From NCBI GenBank assembly GCA_963768425.1, contig CAVYHV010000017.1, positions 64,001-128,000 on the forward strand: a DNA stretch of 64,000 nt, written 5' to 3'. Each line of letters starts with the position of its first letter. Position 1 is the stretch's first letter. Below the pieces are notes generated by a model that searched no databases, had not been told where the DNA came from, and worked only from the letters and a program-made list of their open reading frames with translations. Positions 49,897 to 59,396 of the stretch are shown here, piece by piece. The position numbers and the translations under genes were made by a program. Origin of the DNA: Candidatus Bathyarchaeota archaeon (lineage in GTDB: Archaea; Thermoproteota; Bathyarchaeia; Bathyarchaeales; Bathycorpusculaceae).

Positions 49897-50682
49897 ATGA
49901 GCGCGTTGAAGGATATTTTGGAGAAAACTGCTAAAGGCGAATTAACGGTTGAGGAAGCTGAGAAACTCGTTCGTTTGCAAGCCGTCGCTGAGCTTGAAGG
50001 CGTGGCGAAAATCGATTGTAACAGAGAACTGAGGAAAGGCATTCCCGAGGTAATATTGGCAGAAAACAAGACAGCAGCAGACGTGGTCGACATAACCTTG
50101 CGGATGATGCGTGAATGCGGAAGAGTCATAGTCAGCCGTTGCAGTCCAGAGCAGATTCAAGCACTCAAAGACGCGTTCCTCCGTAAAGCCGTTTTTGAGG
50201 TGAATGAAAAAGCAAGAATAGCCGTCGTAAAAACCAAGGATTTCTCCGTGAAAAGCACGGGAGGAAAAATTGGGATTTTGACTGCTGGTACCTCTGACAT
50301 CCCCGTGGCTGAAGAAGCAAAGGTTATTGCCCAAGAGATGGGCTGCGAAGTTTACGCTTCGTACGATTTAGGTGTCGCTGGAATCCACAGGCTGCTTGCG
50401 CCTCTAAAGGACTTAATCATGAAGGACGTTGATGTCATAGTTGTTGTTGCAGGCAGGGAAGGCGCCTTATGCTCCGTTGTCGCCGGCATGGTTAATGTTC
50501 CAGTGATTGCTGTTCCAACATCTAACAGCTACGGTTTCGGCGAAAAAGGAATCAGCACGCTTATGGCGATGCTTCAGTCATGCTCGCTGGGTCTGTCAGT
50601 TGTGAACATTGACGCGGGAGTTGCAGCAGGCGCAGCAGCGACGTTAATCGCTAATCGCGCCGCCAAATTTAGAGAAAAATAA
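49897..50682 (-). other. No feature on this strand (antisense shadow of larB); see the next entry
   Basis: Minus-strand ORFs here have no motifs and overlap larB. Confidence 0.05.
49897..50682 (+). CDS. larB: Nickel pincer cofactor biosynthesis protein LarB
   Basis: RKGIPEVI, AGTSDIPVAEEA, DLGVAGIHRL, VAGREGAL, PVIAVPTS..YG, VVNID. Confidence 0.94.
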   Translation: MSALKDILEKTAKGELTVEEAEKLVRLQAVAELEGVAKIDCNRELRKGIPEVILAENKTAADVVDITLRMMRECGRVIVSRCSPEQIQALKDAFLRKAVFEVNEKARIAVVKTKDFSVKSTGGKIGILTAGTSDIPVAEEAKVIAQEMGCEVYASYDLGVAGIHRLLAPLKDLIMKDVDVIVVVAGREGALCSVVAGMVNVPVIAVPTSNSYGFGEKGISTLMAMLQSCSLGLSVVNIDAGVAAGAAATLIANRAAKFREK

Positions 50683-50803
50683 CCTGACTATTTTCAAATT
50701 AAACTTTCATGCACTGGACTTTCCGTTGGACAGTATGATTTATCTTTAACAAGTTACCATTTCCTCGTTAAGCAGCGAGGCATGTTTGTGAGTTTCGAGT
50801 GAA

Positions 50804-52047
50804 ATGGGTGCGTCAGAGAAAACTAGGCTTGTCGTATTCGATGTAGAAGGAGTGCTGGTTCCGAAAAACCGCTTCATATTTGAAGTTGGAAAGAAATTAG
50901 GCTTCGCTAGGCTTTTTAAGCTTCTTTTTTTCGGTTTCCTCTACGAAGCGGGGATTCTTAGGCTTGATTCCGTGTTAAAACGCCTTACAATGAATTGGAA
51001 GGGGTTAAAGTTGAAGTTTTAAAGGAAGTCTTCGAAAAAATCTCGTCAACCAACCTACCTCAAAGGCATCTTTTCTCAGATAAAGGCAAGAAACTGCAAG
51101 ATTGCCTTGATCAGCTCTGGGTTGCCGACAGTCGTTGTTAAAGAATTAGCTGATGCCTTAGGCGCGGAATACGCTTACGGAGTTGAAGTTGAAACTGTAG
51201 ACGGCAAGCTAACAGGGAAAATCTGGGGCGACGCGATTCAACCTGAAGGAAAACTGAAGATTGTTGACGCAGATATCTGACAGCTGAGAACCTGAGACTG
51301 AGGGACTGCGTTGTTGTGGCTGACGATAGAAACAACCGTTGCATGTTTCTGCCTGGAATGCTCAAGATCGGTTTCAACCCTGACTTTGTGATACGGGTAA
51401 AAGCAGACAGGGTGGTTAACGGCAAGCTTTCAGCAATCATCCCCATAATAGATGGAAAACCCCGCAAGCGTTCCTTCCCCTCGACCAACGATTTTGTCCG
51501 AGAAGACATTCATGCATCTGGTGTATTCATGCCCGTTATCGCAGGTTTAATCGGTGTACCCGCAGTTGGAACGTTAATTTTCCTTATAGCCGCGGTGTAC
51601 ACGATATCTGAACTTTGGCGCTTGGAAGGTAAAGAGCTGAGGATTGTTTCAGCTGTGACCCGCCACGCTGCTTCCCAATCTGAACTGCATGGGTTCGCGG
51701 CAGCGCCACTGTATTTTGCAGGCGGCATCCTGTTTACACTGGTTGTTTTTCCCCATCCTGCAAGCTATGCTGCAATTGCCATGTTCTGCCTAGGCGACAG
51801 CGCAGCATCACTGTTCGGAGGCTTAGTTTCAGATTCTTTGCCGTTTAACAAGGGGAAAACTTGGGAAGGCTCATTGGCCGGGTTTTTCTTCGCGTTTTTG
51901 GCTGGGATGTTCTTTTTGCCGACGAAGCCACTTGTAGCTCTTGCCGGAGCAGCAATCGCGATGACAGTTGAGGTTCTTCCTTTGCCGATAAACGATAATG
52001 TTCTGATTCCAATAATCACAGGTGCAGCGTTGACATTACTGATTTAA
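50804..52047 (+). CDS. HAD (SerB-like) phosphatase fused to a SEC59/DGK1/VTE5-like CTP-dependent membrane kinase domain, frameshifts at about 50985 and 51250
   Basis: VVFDVEGVL, LISSG, VADDRNN HAD motifs; REDIH, GDSAASLFG, KTWEGS, INDN.LIP kinase motifs. Confidence 0.75.
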
Positions 52048-52515
52048 CGCTATGACCGAGTTCAGGTAGTCTTTGACGAAATATTTCTTGCCAATTTTGG
52101 CTACAATGTGCCCTTCCTCCTCGAAAAGGCGCTTTTGATTTTCCATGCCGCCCGGATATTTCTCGTTTAGGAACCCGCCTGTTTTGAGGGTACGCCAGTA
52201 AGGAGTAATATCAACAGTGCCTTGCATTCTTTGTTCTTCCGCCGCATTAGCAGATATCCAAGCGAAAATGCCTGTCGTCAAAGGACAACCGATTGTAGCG
52301 GTGTGTTTCTTTGCAAGGGCTGAGCGGATCTCGTTAATTGTCGTCAGTTTGCCTTTGGGCACCATCTTCATTAACATGTCAACTTCGATCGGCGCCGGGA
52401 TAACTAATGTGCCTGTGCCCCATTTAGCCGCCATCTTACCAGTAAGCGGCTCAACTTTGGGGTAGCCTTTGCTGTTGTTGAGTTTCTCTTGCCAAGTCGC
52501 CTTCTTCTTAGCCAT
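52036..52515 (-). CDS. MGMT/alkyltransferase-like DNA-binding family protein
   Basis: VPKGKLTT, CPLTTGIF, TPYWRTLK..G.LN.KYPGG...Q...EEGH. Confidence 0.8.
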   Translation of the reverse strand: MAKKKATWQEKLNNSKGYPKVEPLTGKMAAKWGTGTLVIPAPIEVDMLMKMVPKGKLTTINEIRSALAKKHTATIGCPLTTGIFAWISANAAEEQRMQGTVDITPYWRTLKTGGFLNEKYPGGMENQKRLFEEEGHIVAKIGKKYFVKDYLNSVIALNQ

Positions 52516-52619
52516 TCAGTTAGCCCAGTGACTATGTAGCTGAAGTAATTTAATGAAACTTTCTAGCAACCCGTTTTTCAAGTAATTCTTGGTTCAAAAG
52601 AAAATCAATGGGCTGAAGT

Positions 52620-52873
52620 TTATTTCTTGCTTTGCGTGTTGATCAATTCTTGTTTTTGATGGTGGTTCATTTTTTTTAATTCCCGTTCTCGCTTCATGGC
52701 ATCGCTTCTGAGCCGAACAGTTCAGTGTAGGCGAGTTTTTGCGGTTTGTGGGATTTGGTGTATCTTGCTCCAATGCCGTTCATGTGCTGCTTGGTTCTGA
52801 CGTCTAAGTCTTTCGTGTATCCTGTATAAAATGTGCCATCGCTGCAAAGCAGGATGTAAACGCAGAAGGACGT
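52620..52873 (-). pseudogene. GIY-YIG nuclease (YazA/UPF0213), with ACG in the start position and one frameshift
   Basis: Manual translation SFCVYILLCSDGTFYTGYTKDLDVRTKQHMNGIGARYTKSHKPQKLAYTELFGS/RSDAMKRERELKK. Confidence 0.75.
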
Positions 52874-52877
52874 TTGC

Positions 52878-53559
52878 CTATGCCTCCCTTAGCTCTCGAG
52901 GCATGTAATCATAAACGATCCCTCTTTGAATGGCTCTTTTCAGGTAGGCTTCAGGGTCGATTTCTTGAACTTTCGCATGGTCAACGTCGATGATATAAAT
53001 TTCATGGATTCGCGCGTTCCTTATTTCTTCAAGTTGTGACTGGCGGCTTCTGGTAGTAGGCGTCGCAGAGCCGTTTTATCTGCTGGATTTCCCAGTCTTC
53101 ACGGTTTCGGGGCGGCTTAGCCAATGCACGGGGAAACGGCAGAATATAGTGGGGTGGTACGCCTAGAGCGAATTTTCCTGCGAAGCTGCTGTACCTGATT
53201 ATTTTGCTTGCCAAACGTGCTGAAGTGTAAGTAAGCGGCGCTAGGGCGTTTTCAGGAGGAATGAAGCCTGTTTCAACCTCAACTATAAGGTTCCCTAAGC
53301 CCTTTGTAGCGAACAAGTCGCAGGTTAAAATCTCGTTTAGGGGATATTCAATCTGGACTTCGTGACCTTTTTCAACCAGGTACTTGGCGCAGCCAAGCTC
53401 CATCACGGAATGATTGATCTTCACGATGTTTTCTTTCCGAAGGTCTACGAGACAGTTTTTGAGGATGTTAAGTTTGTTTTTGACTTGCTCATCCGAATCC
53501 ACCGTCAGCCTTGACAGAAAAAAAGTTAAATCCTCTTCGAACTGTTGCCTGCTGCTCAT
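52878..53559 (-). CDS. Conserved archaeal hypothetical protein with a PD-(D/E)XK-like motif, frameshift near 53030
   Basis: KINHSVMEL, CDLFATKG.G.LIVEVETGFIPP, SKIIRYS; continues as EEIRNARIHEIYIIDVD in another frame. Confidence 0.7.
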
Positions 53560-53742
53560 TTACCTTCCTTTCCAAATTGACCTGACATGTTTACTTAAAC
53601 TATTTGGTTTCGGAATTCAAGAAGCCAAAACGCTTGGTCGTAAAGAAACAAAGGGGATTGCTTTTTTTATTTAGAATAATTTTTGTTATTTACTTATTCC
53701 TTTATCATAAAGAGACGCTGCTGTTTTTTCTTGAAAGCCAAT

Positions 53743-53928
53743 TTAGGGTTTTACGGGAACGAGTACAAGCCTTGTGTAGTTAACGTCGACTTCCACGATT
53801 TTGCAGTCTTTGAACTCTTTTGATTCGCCCAAAATGTTCCTGACTGTCACGTTGTCGCCTTCAACTTTGACGTAAATCACATCTTTAAACAAGGTTTTTC
53901 CGCCGAGGATAATGTTGAATTCACACAT
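53743..53928 (-). CDS. cooT: CooT family nickel-binding protein
   Basis: MCE N-terminus, KDV..V.VEG..V....ILGE; 61 aa. Confidence 0.8.
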   Translation of the reverse strand: MCEFNIILGGKTLFKDVIYVKVEGDNVTVRNILGESKEFKDCKIVEVDVNYTRLVLVPVKP

Positions 53929-54106
53929 AATCTTTCACGACTAAGGAAAAAGTTGTTCTACGTATTAAGGGCTTTCCGAAAACAAACGCAAAGCTCCGAA
54001 AGCAACTGCTTTATTGATTGGAAATTAAATCGCGTCCGGAGCTGAACCACAAGCTTTTTATTGATTCAATCGTGTATTTTTAAAGAATATTTAAAGAGGC
54101 ATAAAA

Positions 54107-54157
54107 ATGAGGGATCGTCACCTCAATCGCTGGGATCGTCGGGTACTTATTCTTTGA
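54107..54157 (+). CDS. Putative leader peptide MRDRHLNRWDRRVLIL upstream of the ilvBN-leuCDBA operon
   Basis: ATG 54107 to TGA 54157; last four codons are Val-Leu-Ile-Leu; TTTTTAAA box at 54077-54084. Confidence 0.6.
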   Translation: MRDRHLNRWDRRVLIL

Positions 54158-54256
54158 TTCGCCCAGGAACCCCTCTGAAAAACACGCAGCAAGATTTGCA
54201 GCTATTATTTTTCGAGACGAGAGCATGTTTATTGAAAAAGGAGAGATCGTTGAAAA

Positions 54257-55972
54257 ATGACTAAAATGTCTGGTGCAAAGGTACTCGTAGAATCCCTCGA
54301 ACAGCAAAACGTCGACGTTATATTCGGCATTTTGGGCGGCGCAATACTACCTGTTTATGATGCATTATGTGGCAACGAGAAAATTAGACATATACTCGCT
54401 AGACACGAACAGGGAGCCGCACACGCAGCCGAAGGCTATGCTAGAGCCAGCGGAAGAGTTGGAGTATGCATTGCAACGTCAGGACCGGGAGCAACTAACC
54501 TAGTCACTGGAATAGCGAACGCATACTTGGATTCTTCGCCGTTGATAGCCATAACAGGGCAGGTTCCATCGACCGGTGTAAACTCTTCGTACATGATCGG
54601 CAAAGATGCCTTTCAAGAAGCAGACATCATCGGCATCACCACTCCAATTACCAAGCATAATTATCAGCCTCGAACGATCGCTGAAATTCAGCCAATGGTT
54701 AATGCAGCCTTCTACATCGCATCTTCCGGCAGACCTGGACCAGTTCTTATTGACTTACCTAAAAACGTACAGTCAGACATAGCCGACGTGGATATGGGAA
54801 TTACAGGGAAAATTGAAGCTCGAGGCTACAAACCAGCATTGACTCCCGACTTAACCAAAATCAGCAAAGCAGTTGATTTGTTAGCTAACGCAGTTGAACC
54901 AATGATACTGGCCGGCGGAGGAGTCATCTCTGCAAATGCCTCCGACGAATTAACGCAAATGTCCGATTTACTAATTGCGCCGGTTGCTACGACCTTTATG
55001 GGCAAAGGCGCTTTTCCCGAATGCCACCCCCTGTCAGTTGGATGCATCGGAATGCACGGAAACCCAGCTGCAAACAGGCTCATCGGGGAAGCTGATGTGC
55101 TGTTAGCTGTCGGAACAAGATTTTCTGACCGAGCAACAGCTAACTTGGATACCTTCGCGCCAAACGCCAAAAAGATACACATAGACATTGACCCGGCTGA
55201 ACTCGGTAAAAACATTGACGTCGACGTCCCCATTGTTGGAGATGCAAAAGTATCATTAAAGCTACTGCATAATGCCGCTGCAAAGAAGCTGCCCAAGATG
55301 AAAGTTAACGCATGGTGGTCAAAACGCATCAAAGAAACCAAGGAGCAGCTAAGTCCATTGCTAAAAGACAGACCCAGAGAGCTGGTGCCTAAAGCCTTAC
55401 TGATAGAGCTAAGGAAACTTCTGCCAGTAGACACAATCGTAACAACAGAAGTTGGGCAAAACCAGATGTGGTCAGCCCTATACTTCCAAGCATTAAAACC
55501 AAGAACCTTCATCAGTTCAGGAGGACTTGGAACCATGGGCTTTGGGTTCCCGGCAGCCATAGGCGCAAAAGTTGCCTGCCCAGATAGGCCCGTCGTGGAC
55601 ATAGCTGGCGACGGCAGCTTCCTGATGACTGAGCAAGAACTGGCGTGTTCGGTAGCGGAAAAGATTCCAGTCATAGTCATAGTGCTGAACAATTCGGTAC
55701 TTGGCATGGTGGCGCAGTGGCAAAGAATGCTCTACGAACGCCGTTACATGGCGGTTCACTTAGGAAAAACACCTGATTTCGTGAAACTTGCAGAAGCTTA
55801 TGGTGCACAAGGTCTTCGCGTAAACTCGATTGAAGAGTTCCAGAAAGCGGTAAAAACAGCGTTAAACAGCGATGTTACAACGGTAATCGACGTGCCTATT
55901 GGCTCAGAACAAGATGTTGTTCCATTTGTGCCTCCAGGCTGCGGTTTACCACAACAGAGAGGTGACTATTGA
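54257..55972 (+). CDS. ilvB: Acetolactate synthase large subunit
   Basis: RHEQGAAHAAEGYAR, TSGPGATN, GRPGPVLIDLPK, SGGLGTMGFG, GDGSF..NN..LGMV.QWQ. Confidence 0.96.
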   Translation: MTKMSGAKVLVESLEQQNVDVIFGILGGAILPVYDALCGNEKIRHILARHEQGAAHAAEGYARASGRVGVCIATSGPGATNLVTGIANAYLDSSPLIAITGQVPSTGVNSSYMIGKDAFQEADIIGITTPITKHNYQPRTIAEIQPMVNAAFYIASSGRPGPVLIDLPKNVQSDIADVDMGITGKIEARGYKPALTPDLTKISKAVDLLANAVEPMILAGGGVISANASDELTQMSDLLIAPVATTFMGKGAFPECHPLSVGCIGMHGNPAANRLIGEADVLLAVGTRFSDRATANLDTFAPNAKKIHIDIDPAELGKNIDVDVPIVGDAKVSLKLLHNAAAKKLPKMKVNAWWSKRIKETKEQLSPLLKDRPRELVPKALLIELRKLLPVDTIVTTEVGQNQMWSALYFQALKPRTFISSGGLGTMGFGFPAAIGAKVACPDRPVVDIAGDGSFLMTEQELACSVAEKIPVIVIVLNNSVLGMVAQWQRMLYERRYMAVHLGKTPDFVKLAEAYGAQGLRVNSIEEFQKAVKTALNSDVTTVIDVPIGSEQDVVPFVPPGCGLPQQRGDY

Positions 55973-56484
55973 TGGAAACTGACCAAACCAAGGTAATTTC
56001 GGTTCTCGTCGAAAACAAGCCCGGTGTCCTCCATGGGGTAGCAAACCTGTTCAGACGCAGAAACTTCAACATTGAAAGCATAACTGTTGGATTAAGCGAA
56101 AACATCGATACATCACGTATGACAATCACTGTAAAAGGCGACGAAAAAACGCTTGAACAAGTCGTGAAGCAATTAGCGAAACTCATTGATGTCCTAAAAG
56201 TGGAAGAGTTAGAGCCAGGGCATTTTGTGATGCGAGAGTTAGCTTTGATAAAAGTTAATGTACCGACCACGAAAGACCGCTCAGACATAATAAACTGCGT
56301 TGAGGTCTTCAGAGGGCGAATCATTGACGTCTCAACTGACAGCTTAACCGTAGAGATCACTGGAACACCAGACAAGCTTGACGCGTTCCTGAAACTAATG
56401 CAGACAAACGGCATCATTGAATTGGCAAGAACAGGCATAACAGCGTTGGCAAGAGGAGCAAAAACTGTAAGAATGGACGAATAA
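55969..56484 (+). CDS. ilvN: Acetolactate synthase small subunit
   Basis: VENKPGVL, RRNFNIESITVG, RELALIKV, ELARTG. Confidence 0.95.
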   Translation: MMETDQTKVISVLVENKPGVLHGVANLFRRRNFNIESITVGLSENIDTSRMTITVKGDEKTLEQVVKQLAKLIDVLKVEELEPGHFVMRELALIKVNVPTTKDRSDIINCVEVFRGRIIDVSTDSLTVEITGTPDKLDAFLKLMQTNGIIELARTGITALARGAKTVRMDE

Positions 56485-56528
56485 ATCGTTCCTGCAAACG
56501 GAAACCCTTAATTTCAAGTTTCTTAAAA

Positions 56529-56544
56529 ATGACAAACTTGTCAT
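56529..56544. promoter_or_regulatory. Inverted repeat (candidate operator) between ilvN and leuC
   Basis: ATGACAA-ac-TTGTCAT. Confidence 0.4.
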
Positions 56545-56589
56545 AGTTATCGGCAGCAAAAAAAGGGAATGATAGAGAAGAGAATTAAA

Positions 56590-57858
56590 ATGAATATTAC
56601 AGAAAAAATCTTGGCTAAAGCTTCAAGCAAAAAAGAGGTGCATCCAGGAGAAATCATCGACGCAAGCGTTGACATGGTTATGGTGCACGATTTAACTGGA
56701 CCTTTAGCGGTTGAAGCCTTCAATAAAATCGGTGTGCAGAAAGTTTGGGATAGCCAAAAGGCAGTGGTGATACTGGATCATCAGGTACCAGCTGAATCCG
56801 TGAAAGCGGCTGAACTGCACAAGACGATGCGTCAATTCGCCAAAGACCAAAACCTACGCATTTACGATGTTGGAAGAGGTGGAGTCTGCCATCAAGTTAT
56901 GCCTGAGAAGGGTCACGTGGTTCCTGGGACAGTAATCGTAGGCGCCGACTCACACACATGCACCTACGGAGCCTTCGGAGCTTTCGCCACTGGAATAGGT
57001 TCAACTGAAGCCGCGTCAGTCTTAGCTACGGGAAAAATCTGGTTAAAAGTGCCCGAAGCAATAAAAGTTAACGTGACTGGGCGTTTCCCAAAGTATGTAA
57101 CTCCAAAAGATCTAATACTGTTCATAATCGGGCAAGTAAGTGTTGAAGGCGCCATATACGAAAGCGCCGAATTCACCGGTCCAACAATCAAGGATATGAG
57201 CATCTCGGGAAGAATGACCCTGTGCAACATGGCTGTGGAAATGGGTGCTAAAAATGGTATCATCGAACCCGACGAAATAACCCGAAAGTTCTTAGATAGA
57301 AGAGTCAAAATCCTGCCAGATTTTGAAGCGTTAAGAAGCGACAAAGACGCGGTTTACCGACGCACATTAGAATTTGATGTTTCAAAAATGGAGCCACAGA
57401 TTGCCTGCCCATCCTCAGTTGACAACGTCAAGCCAGTTTCAGAAGTCGGCAACGTCTCCATCGAGCAGGCGTTTATCGGGTCATGCACCAACGGCAGAAT
57501 CGAAGATTTGCGCATAGCTGCTCAAGTCATGAAGGGCAGGCGCGTCAAAGATGGCGTTAGGGCACTGGTGATTCCAGCTTCACAGGAAGTTTACAAGCAG
57601 GCATTAGACGAAGGCTTAATGGACGTGTTCACGGACGCAGGCGCCATGGTTTGCGGTTCAGCGTGCGGACCATGTTTAGGCGGACACATAGGATTACTGG
57701 CGGCAAACGAAGTTTGCGTCAGCACATCCAACAGAAACTTCATCGGAAGAATGGGCAGCACCCAAGCAAGTGTGTATTTAGCTTCACCAGCAACAGTAGC
57801 TGCTTCAGCAGTAACAGGCAAAATCACCGACCCAAGAAAACTGGAGACAAAACAATGA
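56590..57858 (+). CDS. leuC: 3-isopropylmalate dehydratase/homoaconitase large subunit
   Basis: GVCHQV, GADSHTCTYGA, GSCTNGR.EDL, CGPCLGGH, STSNRNF.GRMG. Confidence 0.92.
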   Translation: MNITEKILAKASSKKEVHPGEIIDASVDMVMVHDLTGPLAVEAFNKIGVQKVWDSQKAVVILDHQVPAESVKAAELHKTMRQFAKDQNLRIYDVGRGGVCHQVMPEKGHVVPGTVIVGADSHTCTYGAFGAFATGIGSTEAASVLATGKIWLKVPEAIKVNVTGRFPKYVTPKDLILFIIGQVSVEGAIYESAEFTGPTIKDMSISGRMTLCNMAVEMGAKNGIIEPDEITRKFLDRRVKILPDFEALRSDKDAVYRRTLEFDVSKMEPQIACPSSVDNVKPVSEVGNVSIEQAFIGSCTNGRIEDLRIAAQVMKGRRVKDGVRALVIPASQEVYKQALDEGLMDVFTDAGAMVCGSACGPCLGGHIGLLAANEVCVSTSNRNFIGRMGSTQASVYLASPATVAASAVTGKITDPRKLETKQ

Positions 57859-58358
57859 ACATGAAAATCAAAGGCCCAGTCATAAAATTCGGAAACAACG
57901 TTGACACAGACGTCATTCTGCCAGGAAAATACCTGACGTTGGTTGATCCCCACGAGCTAGCAAAACATGCCTTGGAAAGTGTAGATATAGATTTTCCCCA
58001 GAAAGCAAAGAAAGGCGTGGTTGTAGTTGGCGGCAAAAACTTTGGATGCGGATCCAGCAGAGAACAAGCGCCCTTAGCCTTAAAATACGCTGGCGTGAAA
58101 TGTGTCTTAGCTGAGTCTTTCGCGCGTATATTTTTCCGAAACGCCATCAACATTGGCTTGCCAGTAATTGAATGCAAAGGCATATCGGCAGCTGTTGAGA
58201 CAGGCGATGAGTTGGCTGTAGATTTCGAAGCTGGTAAGGTAGAAAACGTCTCAAACGGCAAAAAGTTTCAAGTAGAGAAGCTACCTCCGTTTATCTTAGA
58301 AATCTTAGCTGATGGCGGATTAATAGAGAATTTACGTAGGAGAATGAACAAGAAATGA
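57855..58358 (+). CDS. leuD: 3-isopropylmalate dehydratase small subunit
   Basis: NVDTDVILPGKYL, NFGCGSSREQA, SFARIFFRNAINIGLP. Confidence 0.93.
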   Translation: MNMKIKGPVIKFGNNVDTDVILPGKYLTLVDPHELAKHALESVDIDFPQKAKKGVVVVGGKNFGCGSSREQAPLALKYAGVKCVLAESFARIFFRNAINIGLPVIECKGISAAVETGDELAVDFEAGKVENVSNGKKFQVEKLPPFILEILADGGLIENLRRRMNKK

Positions 58359-59392
58359 CAGAATACAAGATTTCGCTGATTCCCGGAGATGGAATCGGTC
58401 CGGAACTCACAGAAGCAACACTGAAAGTGTTAGATGCCGCCCAGAAAAAATACGGCATAAAACTGAAAATTATCGAGGCGGAAGCAGGCGACGACACCTT
58501 GGCAAAAAGAGGCGCAGCGCTACCTGCGGAAAGTGTAGAAATCATTAAGGCATCACACGCTTGCCTTAAAGGCCCGGTTGGCGAAACGGCAGCAGACGTC
58601 ATAGTTAAACTGCGGTTAATGTTTGATTTGTACGCGAATTTGCGTCCGTTGAAGGCTTATCCTAACGTTCCTGTAGCTAGACCCGACATTGACATGATGT
58701 TTGTTCGGGAGAACACCGAGGACGTTTACAAAGGCTTAGAATTCACCGTTGGCAACGACACAGCGATATGCATGAGAATTATTACAAGAGGAAATTGTGA
58801 ACGTATAGCCAAAAAAGCGTTTGAGATTGCACGTTTACGCAACGGCAAAAAGAAAGTAACCGCTATTCACAAGGCAAACGTTATGCGCGTAACAGACGGT
58901 TTATTCGCAAGCGTGTGCCGCGAAACCGCAAAACGCTACCCAGACATCGCATTTAACGAGCTTTATGTTGACGCGGCGTCAATGCGTCTTATCAAAGAGC
59001 CTCAGGTATTCGATGTGTTCTGCACATGCAACATGTTCGGCGACATCCTATCAGACGAAGCAGCCCAGCAAATCGGCGGCTTAGGAATGGCTCCTGGCGC
59101 AAACATCGGTGAAAACTTCGCGCTTTTTGAACCCATCCATGGTTCAGCTCCAAACAGGGCAGGAAAACACACCGCAAACCCAATCTCGATGGTTCTAAGC
59201 GCCAAAATGATGCTGGAGTGGCTCGGCGAAAAATACAACGATAAAAAATGCATGCAGGCAGGCGCGGCGATTGAGAACGGCGTCGTTTACGCGTTACGAA
59301 ACGGTCAAACTGTTCCAGACTGTGGCGGCAACACAACGACCGTGGGAATGGCGGAAGCCATTGCTGCAGCCTTAACAGTGAAAACTGGCTGA
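58355..59392 (+). CDS. leuB: 3-isopropylmalate/(homo)isocitrate dehydrogenase family enzyme
   Basis: PGDGIGPE, RENTED.Y, HKANV, NMFGDILSDEAA, FEPIHGSAP. Confidence 0.85.
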   Translation: MTEYKISLIPGDGIGPELTEATLKVLDAAQKKYGIKLKIIEAEAGDDTLAKRGAALPAESVEIIKASHACLKGPVGETAADVIVKLRLMFDLYANLRPLKAYPNVPVARPDIDMMFVRENTEDVYKGLEFTVGNDTAICMRIITRGNCERIAKKAFEIARLRNGKKKVTAIHKANVMRVTDGLFASVCRETAKRYPDIAFNELYVDAASMRLIKEPQVFDVFCTCNMFGDILSDEAAQQIGGLGMAPGANIGENFALFEPIHGSAPNRAGKHTANPISMVLSAKMMLEWLGEKYNDKKCMQAGAAIENGVVYALRNGQTVPDCGGNTTTVGMAEAIAAALTVKTG

Positions 59393-59396
59393 AAAA

